A DNA stretch of 64,000 nucleotides from Acidobacteriota bacterium. GTDB lineage: Bacteria; Acidobacteriota; UBA6911; RPQK01; JAJDTT01. A model generated the notes under the pieces. It was not told where the DNA came from, searched no databases, and saw nothing but the letters and a program-made list of their open reading frames with translations. The stretch is taken from the NCBI GenBank assembly GCA_965217775.1, contig CBDCJH010000002.1:2976001-3040000 (forward strand). Direction: 5' to 3'. Below, piece by piece: positions 40,889-49,425 of the stretch. Position 1 is the first letter of the stretch; each line of letters begins with the position of its first letter. A program made the position numbers and the translations under genes.

Positions 40889-42046
40889 ATGACCCTCAAA
40901 ATAGCGTTGGCCATCATCGCCGTCGTATTCCTGACGGGATGCGGTTCCGGGGAGATGGCGGAGGAGCCGGCAGCCAGCGAAACGGCCGACGAACCGGGTC
41001 GGATCGACGGCGCACGGATCTACGACTATGACCCGTCCACCGAGCTGGGTGACGACATCTTCGGGGACATCATTGCCGATCTCGAGCACGACGCTCCGGG
41101 ACGCTGCACCCACGGCGGTCCCGTCTGCATGGAGTACGCCGACGGCCGGATCGTGGCCTTCCACACCAACACCACCGACCACAACCTGGACGGTTGGTCC
41201 GAATACGCCGAAAGCTCGGACGGGGGCAGGACCTGGAACAGGTACAACAAGTTCCAGTACTCCTACGACCATTACGACCCGGATCGGAAGCGATCAGTCT
41301 GGGTCGAGGAGGGTCTGGTCACCGAGAAGGGAACCGCCGTCCTGTTCCTGACCCATTTCAAGATCGCCAAAGGCAAAAGGGAAAGCGGATTCATGAGGAG
41401 TCTGGATCACGGCTCCACCTGGAGCGATTACCAGCGGGTTGACGGGGACTTCGTTGGATATCCCTGTGCCGTGGCGGTGTCCGGCGAAACCAACTACGTC
41501 CTCTATGACAGCGCCGACGGTGGTCCCCACGTCCTTTACGTCAGCACTGACGACGGTCAGAGCTGGAACCGGAGAAGCACCCTCTCTCTCGACGGCGACA
41601 AGTGGTACGGCACCATGTGCCTGATGGCGGACGGACGCCTTTTGGCCGGCGCCTATACCGAAAAGGACGAGCACCATTTCTACTACTGCATCAGCCCGGA
41701 CCAGGGACGGACCTGGAGCGAACAGCAGAAGACCTACGTGGACAAGATGATCCGCGACCCGGAGCTGGCCTACCTGGGGGGCAAGTACTACCTGCACGGC
41801 CGGTCGGGCCATGAAGGGGAGGGCAGCCGCCGATTCGTCCTCTACCAGTCCGACGACGGCCTCGACTGGGGCAGCGGGATCATCGTCAGCGGGGACACCC
41901 GGCATCCCGACGGCTACAGCCACAACTGCATCATCAACCGGTACAACGACGAGGAACCGCTCAAGTTGATGGTGGAATACAGCATCATCTACGACGGCAG
42001 GGACACAAACGAATACGTTTTCTTTATCGAGCCCGACCCGCGCTGA
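40889..42046 (+). CDS. BNR/Asp-box sialidase-like lipoprotein
   Basis: FLTGC lipobox, Asp-boxes SSDGGRTW, SLDHGSTW, STDDGQSW, SPDQGRTW, SDDGLDW. Confidence 0.82.
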   Translation: MTLKIALAIIAVVFLTGCGSGEMAEEPAASETADEPGRIDGARIYDYDPSTELGDDIFGDIIADLEHDAPGRCTHGGPVCMEYADGRIVAFHTNTTDHNLDGWSEYAESSDGGRTWNRYNKFQYSYDHYDPDRKRSVWVEEGLVTEKGTAVLFLTHFKIAKGKRESGFMRSLDHGSTWSDYQRVDGDFVGYPCAVAVSGETNYVLYDSADGGPHVLYVSTDDGQSWNRRSTLSLDGDKWYGTMCLMADGRLLAGAYTEKDEHHFYYCISPDQGRTWSEQQKTYVDKMIRDPELAYLGGKYYLHGRSGHEGEGSRRFVLYQSDDGLDWGSGIIVSGDTRHPDGYSHNCIINRYNDEEPLKLMVEYSIIYDGRDTNEYVFFIEPDPR

Positions 42047-42085
42047 GCCAATTTCCGCCGGCCGGATCGGACTTCCGGGTTCATC

Positions 42086-43150
42086 TTGCGCGTCGCCTTC
42101 TACTACCACCAGCAGAAACGTCTTCCCGCCAACCATGAGGGCAACAACCCCTACGGGGCGCTCCTGGCGGAAGCCCTGGAGCGGCGGGGCGTGGAAATGG
42201 AATTCGAGACGGACTGCAGTGCCGAGTATCTCCGGCGGAACCAGGGCAGAATCCGGATTCTGCACCTCCACTGGCCCCACCACGACTACTACAACGACGA
42301 CGCGCGAATCATGCAGCGGCAGATGGAGAAGTTGGCCGCCTCCCTGGAATTGGCCCGGGAACTGGGCTACAAGGTGGTCTGGACCGCCCACAACATCTAC
42401 CCGCACAACCGGACCCACCAGCACATCGATCACGAGTTTCGGCTCCACCTGTGCCGCCTCTGCACCGCCATCATCGCCCATTGCGCGGTGTCCGCAGCCG
42501 GCGTGAAGGAAACCTTCGGCCGTTCCCACGACATCTTCCTGGCGCCCCACGGTCATTTCATCGGGGTCTACCCGGACATCGCCTCCCAGAGCGAGGCCCG
42601 TCGGGATCTGGGCATTCCGGCTGGGGATTTCGCCTACGGATTCATCGGCGGCGTCCTGCCCTACAAGGGTCTGGAGACTTTGATCGAGACCTTCCGCAGG
42701 CTTCCCGGAGAGGACTCCTGGCTCCTGCTGGCCGGCGGCGGACGCTACAGGCCATACCTGAACAAGATTCGAAAGCTGGCCGCCGGGCATCCCCGGATCC
42801 TGGACCGGATCGTCGAGCCTCGCGCCCCCACGCCGGACCTGATGCGGGTCCTGCGCGCCAGCAACGCCATCGTCCTGCCGTTTCTGGCCACCATGTCGTC
42901 GGGGACCGTCACCCTGGCCCTTTCCGAGTCCCGTCCCGTGATCGCGCCGAATATGGGCTGCCTGCCCGAAGTCATCCTTTCCGGCGGCGGTCTCCTCTAC
43001 GACCCGAACCGCCCCGGGGCGTTGCTGGAAGCCATGCAGGAGATCCGGGGCTGGGATCTGGAAGAGGCATACCCCACCGCCCTGGCCAGCATCCAAAGGT
43101 ACGATTGGGACCGTATCGCCAAGATCACCCTGGAGGCCTATCGAAGATGA
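42086..43150 (+). CDS. Glycosyltransferase family 4
   Basis: NNPYGALL, LHLHWP, VVWTAHNIYPH, FIGGVLPYKGLE, VLPF..SSG. TTG start. Confidence 0.88.
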   Translation: MRVAFYYHQQKRLPANHEGNNPYGALLAEALERRGVEMEFETDCSAEYLRRNQGRIRILHLHWPHHDYYNDDARIMQRQMEKLAASLELARELGYKVVWTAHNIYPHNRTHQHIDHEFRLHLCRLCTAIIAHCAVSAAGVKETFGRSHDIFLAPHGHFIGVYPDIASQSEARRDLGIPAGDFAYGFIGGVLPYKGLETLIETFRRLPGEDSWLLLAGGGRYRPYLNKIRKLAAGHPRILDRIVEPRAPTPDLMRVLRASNAIVLPFLATMSSGTVTLALSESRPVIAPNMGCLPEVILSGGGLLYDPNRPGALLEAMQEIRGWDLEEAYPTALASIQRYDWDRIAKITLEAYRR

Positions 43151-45180
43151 CACTACTGACACCGGAATGGAGCCGGGACCTGCGCCGGCGCGCCTCGGCC
43201 CCCTCTTTCTCCGCCGCCCGGGAGGCGCTGGACCAACGGCTCTCCGATTATCACCGGTTTTTGCCTCAGGTCCCCGTATATCAGGCCGGTTATTACCACG
43301 ACTTCTTCTGCCCTGAGCACGCGGTCCAATTCGAGTACGATCCACGGGAGCCGCACCGTCACGTCTGTCCCGTGGACGGCGCCGTCCACAGCGGTGAGCC
43401 GTACGACAGCGCCTGGCGCTGGTCGGTGAACGACATGCTCAGCGACGCCGCCCTGAAACTCGCCTTCCGGAGCCATCTCACCGGCGGACAAGACGAACAG
43501 GCCCGGGCGGACCGGGACCTGTCCAGCCGGATCCTGTTCACCTATGCCGAGCGCTACCGGCACATGGAGCCTCCTCCCCTGGATCACCCCAATCACCCCG
43601 GGATCGTCGCCTGGTCGGGTCTTGACGAGTCGGTCTGGTTGATTCGGATGTGTTGGGCCTTTGCCCTCCTGGAAGAGACGCTCCCGGAAGGGTCGGCCGA
43701 CCGGTTGGCCCGGCAGATGTTCCGGCCCGGCGCCGAGCACATCCGGCGAGTTCGATGGCCCGAGATCCACAATGCCACCAACTGGAACAACGCCGCCCTG
43801 GCGACCCTGGCTCTGGTCCTGGAGGACGAAGATCTGCTTGAGTTGGCTCTGGGCGGCGACCTGGGCCTGGAGCCCCAATTGACGCAGGGTGTATCCCAAG
43901 ACGGGATCTGGTGGGAGGGCTCCCTCAGCTACCACTACTACATGCTGGACGCGGTGGTCTGGACACTCCGGATCCTGCGGGCCTCGGGCCGCTCCTTCGA
44001 CGATGGCGGAATCCTCAAGAGGATGTTTCTGGCGCCGATCCTCATCTCCTTTCCGGATCTGAAGCTCCCGGCCGTAAACGACTGCTGGTACTTCATCGGC
44101 CTCCAGCAGCGGGTCGGTCACGGGATCCCGGAAGCGGACGGCTTCTACGAGACCGCCTACGGCTGGTTCCGCGACCCGGTCTTCGCCTGGGTCCTGCAAC
44201 AGAACTATGAGGACCGCCCCCGAACCTGCTTCGAGGCGCTCCTGGACGGCGCCCGGGAGATCCCGTCCGGAGAGGAACCGGAGTGGAAGAGTCTGCATCT
44301 GGAGGACCTGGGTTTCGCCGTGCTGCGCAGTCGGGATCGCGGGAACCGAAGTCATCTGATTTTCAAGGCGGGTCCGGACGGAGGGGTTCACGGACACCAC
44401 GACCAACTCCGGATCCAGCTCTTCGCCAACGGGTCTCCCTGGTTGCCGGACCTGGGGACCCCCGGATACGGCATCGAACTCAACGACACCTGGTACCAGC
44501 AGACGGCCAGCCACACCACCGCGCTGGTGGACGGCTTGTCCCAGCCGCTGGCCGAGGGAAAGATCAACTATTACTACTCCGACGACCGGTATTCGCTCTG
44601 CGACGCCTCGGTCTCTTGGGACGAGGGGGCCTACGCCGGAGTCGAGATGCGCCGAGTCCTCCTCTGGCGGGACCAATATTTCGTGGACCTGCTGCAGATT
44701 CGGTGCCCCGCGGTTCGAAACCTGGACTGGGTCTGTCAGGTGCGCGGGGAGCGGATCGGGGAGCCGGTGGACCTGACTCCTGCCGCTCCCTTGACCGGCG
44801 ACGGCGGTTACGGCCACGTGCGGCTGGAGGGCCGAGTCCCCGAATCGGACAACCGGAGGCTTCGCTGGCAGCATCAGGGCGGACTCCTGGATCTGCTTCT
44901 GATCCAGCCGGCCGGCCGGATGTTCCTGGGTTCGGCCCCGTCCAACCCGGCAGCCGAAACCCTTTCCACCTGCATCCGGCGCCGCACCGCCGCCAGCGCC
45001 GTCTTCCTTTCGGTCTTTGCTCCCTACGGGGCAAACCGGAGCTCTCCGCTGGTCACCGCACTCAGTTGGGTCGAAGGCGGCGGTTCGCGACAACTCTGGG
45101 TGGTGAAGGATCGGGGTCGCGACGAGTGGATCTTGGGAGACGAGCCGGGAGACGTCTTGTTGGTCTCGGACCTGCAGTGA
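43147..45180 (+). CDS. Heparinase II/III-like (PL15/PL17-type) polysaccharide lyase
   Basis: IHNATNW, WWEGSLSYHYY, HGHHDQL, DLGTPGY, TASHTT. ATGA overlap with the GT4 stop. Confidence 0.82.
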   Translation: MTLLTPEWSRDLRRRASAPSFSAAREALDQRLSDYHRFLPQVPVYQAGYYHDFFCPEHAVQFEYDPREPHRHVCPVDGAVHSGEPYDSAWRWSVNDMLSDAALKLAFRSHLTGGQDEQARADRDLSSRILFTYAERYRHMEPPPLDHPNHPGIVAWSGLDESVWLIRMCWAFALLEETLPEGSADRLARQMFRPGAEHIRRVRWPEIHNATNWNNAALATLALVLEDEDLLELALGGDLGLEPQLTQGVSQDGIWWEGSLSYHYYMLDAVVWTLRILRASGRSFDDGGILKRMFLAPILISFPDLKLPAVNDCWYFIGLQQRVGHGIPEADGFYETAYGWFRDPVFAWVLQQNYEDRPRTCFEALLDGAREIPSGEEPEWKSLHLEDLGFAVLRSRDRGNRSHLIFKAGPDGGVHGHHDQLRIQLFANGSPWLPDLGTPGYGIELNDTWYQQTASHTTALVDGLSQPLAEGKINYYYSDDRYSLCDASVSWDEGAYAGVEMRRVLLWRDQYFVDLLQIRCPAVRNLDWVCQVRGERIGEPVDLTPAAPLTGDGGYGHVRLEGRVPESDNRRLRWQHQGGLLDLLLIQPAGRMFLGSAPSNPAAETLSTCIRRRTAASAVFLSVFAPYGANRSSPLVTALSWVEGGGSRQLWVVKDRGRDEWILGDEPGDVLLVSDLQ

Positions 45181-45237
45181 CGTGGGCCCGATCCCGGCGT
45201 GGTAGACTCAGCCGTAACTATCGCAACGGCCTGTAAC

Positions 45238-46353
45238 ATGAAACGAAGAACATTCCTCAAGAAAACAGCCGGCGGAACTCTGGTCTCTTCCCTGGCCTTC
45301 TCAGCCGCGAGCCGGATCGAGGCTGCCGGTGACGGCATCCCGGTGGGCATCATCACCCAGGAGAGAGGGCCTCACCTGGGAACTTATCTGGATGCCCTGG
45401 CCAAGGCCCAGGGAGTCGCTTCCGTCGCGCTTTCGGACGAGAGTGGAACCACCTTCGACCGTGCCAGCGAAGTCCTGGGTGGAAAGCTCACCACGTACCA
45501 GGACCACGGCAAGATGTTGCAGGAGGCGAAGCCGCACGCGGTCCTCGTCAGCCTGGCCGCCCACTTGGCGCCCCCGGTGATCCGGAAGTCCCTGGAGGCA
45601 GACGCTCACGTCCTGGCCGAAAAACCGGCTTGCGTCCGGGCCGAGGACTTCGAGCCTCTGGTCCACCTCGCCGATTCCAAGAATTTGAACCTGATGCTGG
45701 CCCTGGGATCCAGGCTTCATCCGGCAGTGCTCAAAGCCCGAGAGTTGATCCAGTCCGGATTCCTGGGCAAACCCTTCGGCGCCCACCTGGTCTTTGTCGC
45801 AGACCAGACCCGCCTGACCCGGCCCCGCTACCAGAATTCCTGGTTGGCCTTCAAGGACAAGGCCGGCGGGGGACAACTCATCTGGCTGGGGATCCACTAC
45901 CTGGACCTGGTGCAGCACCTCACCGGCGACCGGATCGAGCAGGTTTCCGCCGTCACCCGGAACGTGGGTGGACAGCCGGTGGAAATCGAGGATTCGGTGG
46001 CCCTGGCCCTCCGGTTCAAGGGGGGGATGGTGGGGACCTACCACGGCGGCTACTACTTGGACCGGGGGTATCACCTGGGCGTCACGCTCTGGGGTTCCAA
46101 GGGTTGGCTTCGGATGAACCTTTTGAAGGGTTCCATGCAGTGGTACTCCACCCACCCGGACGCCCCCCGGGGAATCCGGTCCCACGACTTCGAGACCGAG
46201 CTGAGCAGCTACTACCCCCTGGTCCAATCCCTGGTGGACCTGGGTCGCGGCAAGGGGAATCCGCCGCTCACGGGAGAGGATTCTCTCCACGTCCTGAAAG
46301 TCGTATTCAGCGCCTACAAGGCCGCGGAGACCGGCGTCAGCCAGTCCGTCTGA
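45238..46353 (+). CDS. Tat-exported Gfo/Idh/MocA oxidoreductase
   Basis: KRRTFLK, HVLAEKP, GGGQLIWLGIHYLD. Confidence 0.9.
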   Translation: MKRRTFLKKTAGGTLVSSLAFSAASRIEAAGDGIPVGIITQERGPHLGTYLDALAKAQGVASVALSDESGTTFDRASEVLGGKLTTYQDHGKMLQEAKPHAVLVSLAAHLAPPVIRKSLEADAHVLAEKPACVRAEDFEPLVHLADSKNLNLMLALGSRLHPAVLKARELIQSGFLGKPFGAHLVFVADQTRLTRPRYQNSWLAFKDKAGGGQLIWLGIHYLDLVQHLTGDRIEQVSAVTRNVGGQPVEIEDSVALALRFKGGMVGTYHGGYYLDRGYHLGVTLWGSKGWLRMNLLKGSMQWYSTHPDAPRGIRSHDFETELSSYYPLVQSLVDLGRGKGNPPLTGEDSLHVLKVVFSAYKAAETGVSQSV

Positions 46354-46381
46354 GCCGCGTCCGCCGGATAGAATGGAGACC

Positions 46382-46410
46382 GTAGGGGCTCCCCTTGTGG
46401 GTGCCCTCCT
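46382..46410 (+). repeat. GTAG-type REP palindrome (family 1)
   Basis: GTAGGGGCTCCCCTTGTGGGTGCCCTCCT. Confidence 0.85.
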
Positions 46411-46432
46411 CTGTGCACCGTCCGCCGGGAGA

Positions 46433-47793
46433 ATGACCATGACCGAAGTGAAGCGCCGTCAGTTCCTCAAGTCCTCCACCTGGGTGGGAGCCTCCCTGAT
46501 CGGCACGGCCGGAGCCTGGGCCCGCGCCAACGACCGCATTCGAGTCGCCCTGATCGGGGCCGGCGGCCGCGGCAGGCGCCTGGTGGAAGAGATTCTGGAA
46601 AACGAGGGTGTGGAACTGGCCGTGGTCTGCGACGTGGACGAACGGCGGGCCCTGGAGAAGGCGGATCAGGCTCAGAAAATCAGCGGCAAGAGGCCCCGGA
46701 CCGAGAAGGACCTGAGACGGATCATGGACGACACCTCCATCGACGCCGTCACCATCGCCACCTGTAACCACTGGCACGCCCTGGCTGGAATCTGGGCCTG
46801 CCAAGCCGGCAAGCACGTCTACGTGGAAAAGCCCATCGCCCACAACGTCTGGGAGGGCCGCAAGCTGGTGGAGGCCGCCCGCAAGTACTACCGCATCGTC
46901 CAGGGGGGGACCAATCGCCGCTCCAGCGGTTCCTTCCGCAAGGTGGCCCAACTGGTCCGGGACGGGGTGATCGGCCGGGTCTACTGGGCGCGCTGTGAAT
47001 TCCCCAGGCCCAGGGATCCGTTGGGCTTCAAGACTCCCGAGCCGCCCCCCTCCTGGCTGGATTGGAACCTCTGGCTGGGACCGGCGCCGGAGCAGCCTTT
47101 CCACCGCAACCTGGTGCACTACAACTGGCACTGGTTCTGGGACTTCGGCAACGGGGAGATGGGGAACAACGGGATCCACATCATCGACATCTGCCGCTGG
47201 GTCATGGGTCAGGACGTCCCGGTCCGGGCTCACTCCGCAGGAGGCCGTTTCGGGGAGAAGGACCAGGCCGAGACCCCAACACGCACCGCTCCACCTTCGA
47301 GTTCCAGGACGGTTCCCTTCTCACCTGCGACCTGCGCAATCTCTACTCGGACCATGGCCGCGTCGTGCCCCGGCGGCACATCTATCCCGAACCCAGACTG
47401 CAGTGGATGGCCGAGTTCACCTGGGACCTGTACGGCACCGAAGGCTACATCCACATGAAACACCGGATCCAGAAGGGGGGCGCCGGCTGCGACTACCAGG
47501 TCTTTCTGGGACGGAACAAGAAGGCCGAGCCTATCCAGCCGGACCTGGAGAGCTGGGGTCACTACCAGAACTTCATCAATGCGCTGCGGGCCGGAGACAG
47601 AAGCGTCCTGACGGCGGACATCGAAGTGACCCACCGGTCCGGCATCTTCTGCGAGCTGGCCAACATCTCCCACCGCGTGGGCCGGGAGGTCCGTTTCGAT
47701 CCGGCCACCGAGACCATCCCGGGAGACGAAGAGGCGAACCGGCTGCTGCGGCGCGAATACCGGAAGCCGTTCGAGGTCCCGGAGAAGGTTTGA
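46433..47793 (+). pseudogene. Tat-exported Gfo/Idh/MocA oxidoreductase split by a 1-nt deletion (pseudogene or sequence error)
   Basis: KRRQFLK, GAGGRG, GKHVYVEKP in one frame. At the C4 run 47274-47277 the reading ETP|NTHRSTFEF changes frame. Confidence 0.82.
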
Positions 47794-47878
47794 GTAGGAG
47801 GGGGGACATTCTGTCCCCCATTCTTCCACGCCACGATTTGCGACGCGGAGTTCGGGGGTTACAAACCCCCGCCCCTAT
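47794..47878. repeat. REP doublet (family 2-like)
   Basis: GTAGGAGGGGGGACATTCTGTCCCCC and inverted (A)TAGGGGCGGGGGTTTGTAACCCCCG. Related hairpins at about 14632, 47948, 48418, 63611. Confidence 0.7.
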
Positions 47879-47889
47879 GCCGCAACTCC

Positions 47890-47933
47890 CGCCTGTCCCT
47901 GAAGGTCCATTCCCACCCGCCGGCTCCAAGCGT
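47890..47933 (+). repeat. 44-bp direct repeat of 48491-48534 (3' coding end of the class IV aminotransferase)
   Basis: 41/44 identical, ungapped. Minus strand reads AWSRRVGMDLQGQA versus AWSRWVGMDIQGQA. Confidence 0.9.
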
Positions 47934-48013
47934 TGCGCTCCGGGGAAAGAGGGGGAGACAAGGATGTCCCCCCTCTTGGAGATCCCCACTCCAATCTCGT
48001 CTTGCCTCTTTTC

Positions 48014-48355
48014 TCACCTTCGCATCGGTCTCTGCGGAGGTTCGACCGGAGGTTCGATCGTGAATCGCTCAACCTTGATCTCACTCTCCCGCTGCCGCGC
48101 CCGGGAGATAACGTAGCTGTTCTGCATCCGCATCAGCGTCTCCATGCGGACTCCGAATGCCTTCTCGATACGCAGAGCCATTTCTACGGACAGCATCGAA
48201 CGCTCGTTCAGAAGCGACGAGAGGGCAGGGCGCGTAACGCCCAACGCTCTAGCGGCCACCGTAACGGAAACTCCCAACGGTTTTATGATTTCAGTCTTGA
48301 TGAATCCACCGGGATGAGGAGGGTTTTTCAGTCTATAGCTCCCTGTCGTCGTCAT
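48014..48355 (-). CDS. higA: Orphan antitoxin HigA
   Basis: KNPPHPGGFIK, VSVTVAARALGVTRPALSSLLN, EMALRIEKAFG, LMRMQNSY. AAGGAGG RBS. Confidence 0.9.
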   Translation of the reverse strand: MTTTGSYRLKNPPHPGGFIKTEIIKPLGVSVTVAARALGVTRPALSSLLNERSMLSVEMALRIEKAFGVRMETLMRMQNSYVISRARQRESEIKVERFTIEPPVEPPQRPMRR

Positions 48356-48366
48356 TGTCTCCTCCT

Positions 48367-48414
48367 TCAGTGGTAATCCTCAAACCGGAGTGAAACGATG
48401 TTTCCGCATTCATA
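48367..48414 (-). pseudogene. 3' remnant of a HigB toxin
   Basis: YECGNIVSLRFEDYH* directly upstream of higA, with the same EDYH* terminus as higB at 33343. Confidence 0.7.
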
Positions 48415-48445
48415 AGGAGTGGGACAGGAAAGTTGCCCGTTCCCA

Positions 48446-49387
48446 TCAGCGGCTGGCAAGCCGCCGCTCGGATGTGCCCGCGGCGCGTAGCGCCTGTCCC
48501 TGAATGTCCATTCCCACCCACCGGCTCCAGGCGTCGAGCAGCCGGCGATAGACGGGACCCGGTCGGCCGGCACCCAGTCGACTTCCGTTGTACCGCGCCA
48601 CCGGGAGCATGCAGTAGGAGGTGCTGCAGAAGAATGCCTCCTCCGCGGTGGCCACGTGGTAGGGCTGGATGTCCTCCTCCACCGAGGGAATCCCTTCCTC
48701 GTGGGCCAGTTCCAACACCGTGGCCCGGCTGACGCCCTCCAGAACGTTGCGGGTTGTCGGCGTCCTCAAGCAGCCGTCCCGGTAGATGAAGAAATTGGCT
48801 CCCTTGTTCTCCGACACGTTGCCGTCGATGTCCAGGAGCAGGGAGAAGCCTTCCGGATCCACTTCCTTGACCTCAAACTCGGCCAGGGTGAAGAAAATCC
48901 GGTTCCGGTGCTTGAGCTTGGCGTCCAGTGACTGGGGCGGGATGTGCCGGGTCGACGGAGTCACGGCGTGGACGCCCTTCTCGTAGAGATGGGCGTAGTC
49001 GGCGAACCCCAGGGGCAGCGTGGCGATGAGCAGGCCGGGGCGGTCGAACTCGAAGCGTCCAATGGTACTGCGCATCGGTCCACCCGTCGCCGTCTGGGTG
49101 ACCCAGACGTCCCCATCGGGATCCAGGTTGAGAAGATTCGCCTCCAGTACTTCCAGGGCGATCTCCTCCATCCGCTCCGGGGGCATGCCGGGATTGATCC
49201 GGGCCACCGACATGGAGCGGTAGAACCTCCGGATGTGCTCCTTCAGCTTGAAGGGACGGTACCCGAAGGTCCGGGCCGAGTCGGTCACGTTGTGGCCGAA
49301 ACTGAATCCGGAGTCGGTGTGATGGATCCGGACCTCCGAGTCCGGAACCAGCCGGCCGTTGAACCAGGTCAGCAGTTCTCTGTTCAT
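48446..49387 (-). CDS. Class IV aminotransferase (BCAT / D-amino acid transaminase-like)
   Basis: WFNGRLVP, DSGFSFGH.V.DSART, DAKLKHRNR, VLEGVSRATV, AEEAFFCST. Confidence 0.88.
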   Translation of the reverse strand: MNRELLTWFNGRLVPDSEVRIHHTDSGFSFGHNVTDSARTFGYRPFKLKEHIRRFYRSMSVARINPGMPPERMEEIALEVLEANLLNLDPDGDVWVTQTATGGPMRSTIGRFEFDRPGLLIATLPLGFADYAHLYEKGVHAVTPSTRHIPPQSLDAKLKHRNRIFFTLAEFEVKEVDPEGFSLLLDIDGNVSENKGANFFIYRDGCLRTPTTRNVLEGVSRATVLELAHEEGIPSVEEDIQPYHVATAEEAFFCSTSYCMLPVARYNGSRLGAGRPGPVYRRLLDAWSRWVGMDIQGQALRAAGTSERRLASR

Positions 49388-49425
49388 AAGGATGTTCCTC
49401 CCAAAGGTGTTTCGGCAAAAGCCGC

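Noticed and set aside
42451-43146. N-terminal extension making a 909-aa lyase
   Set aside because: Out-of-frame shadow of the GT4 gene. The real start is the ATGA-coupled ATG at 43147.
46373-46432. Peptides such as VGAPLVGAL / THKGCPY in several ORFs
   Set aside because: These are translations of REP DNA, not protein motifs.
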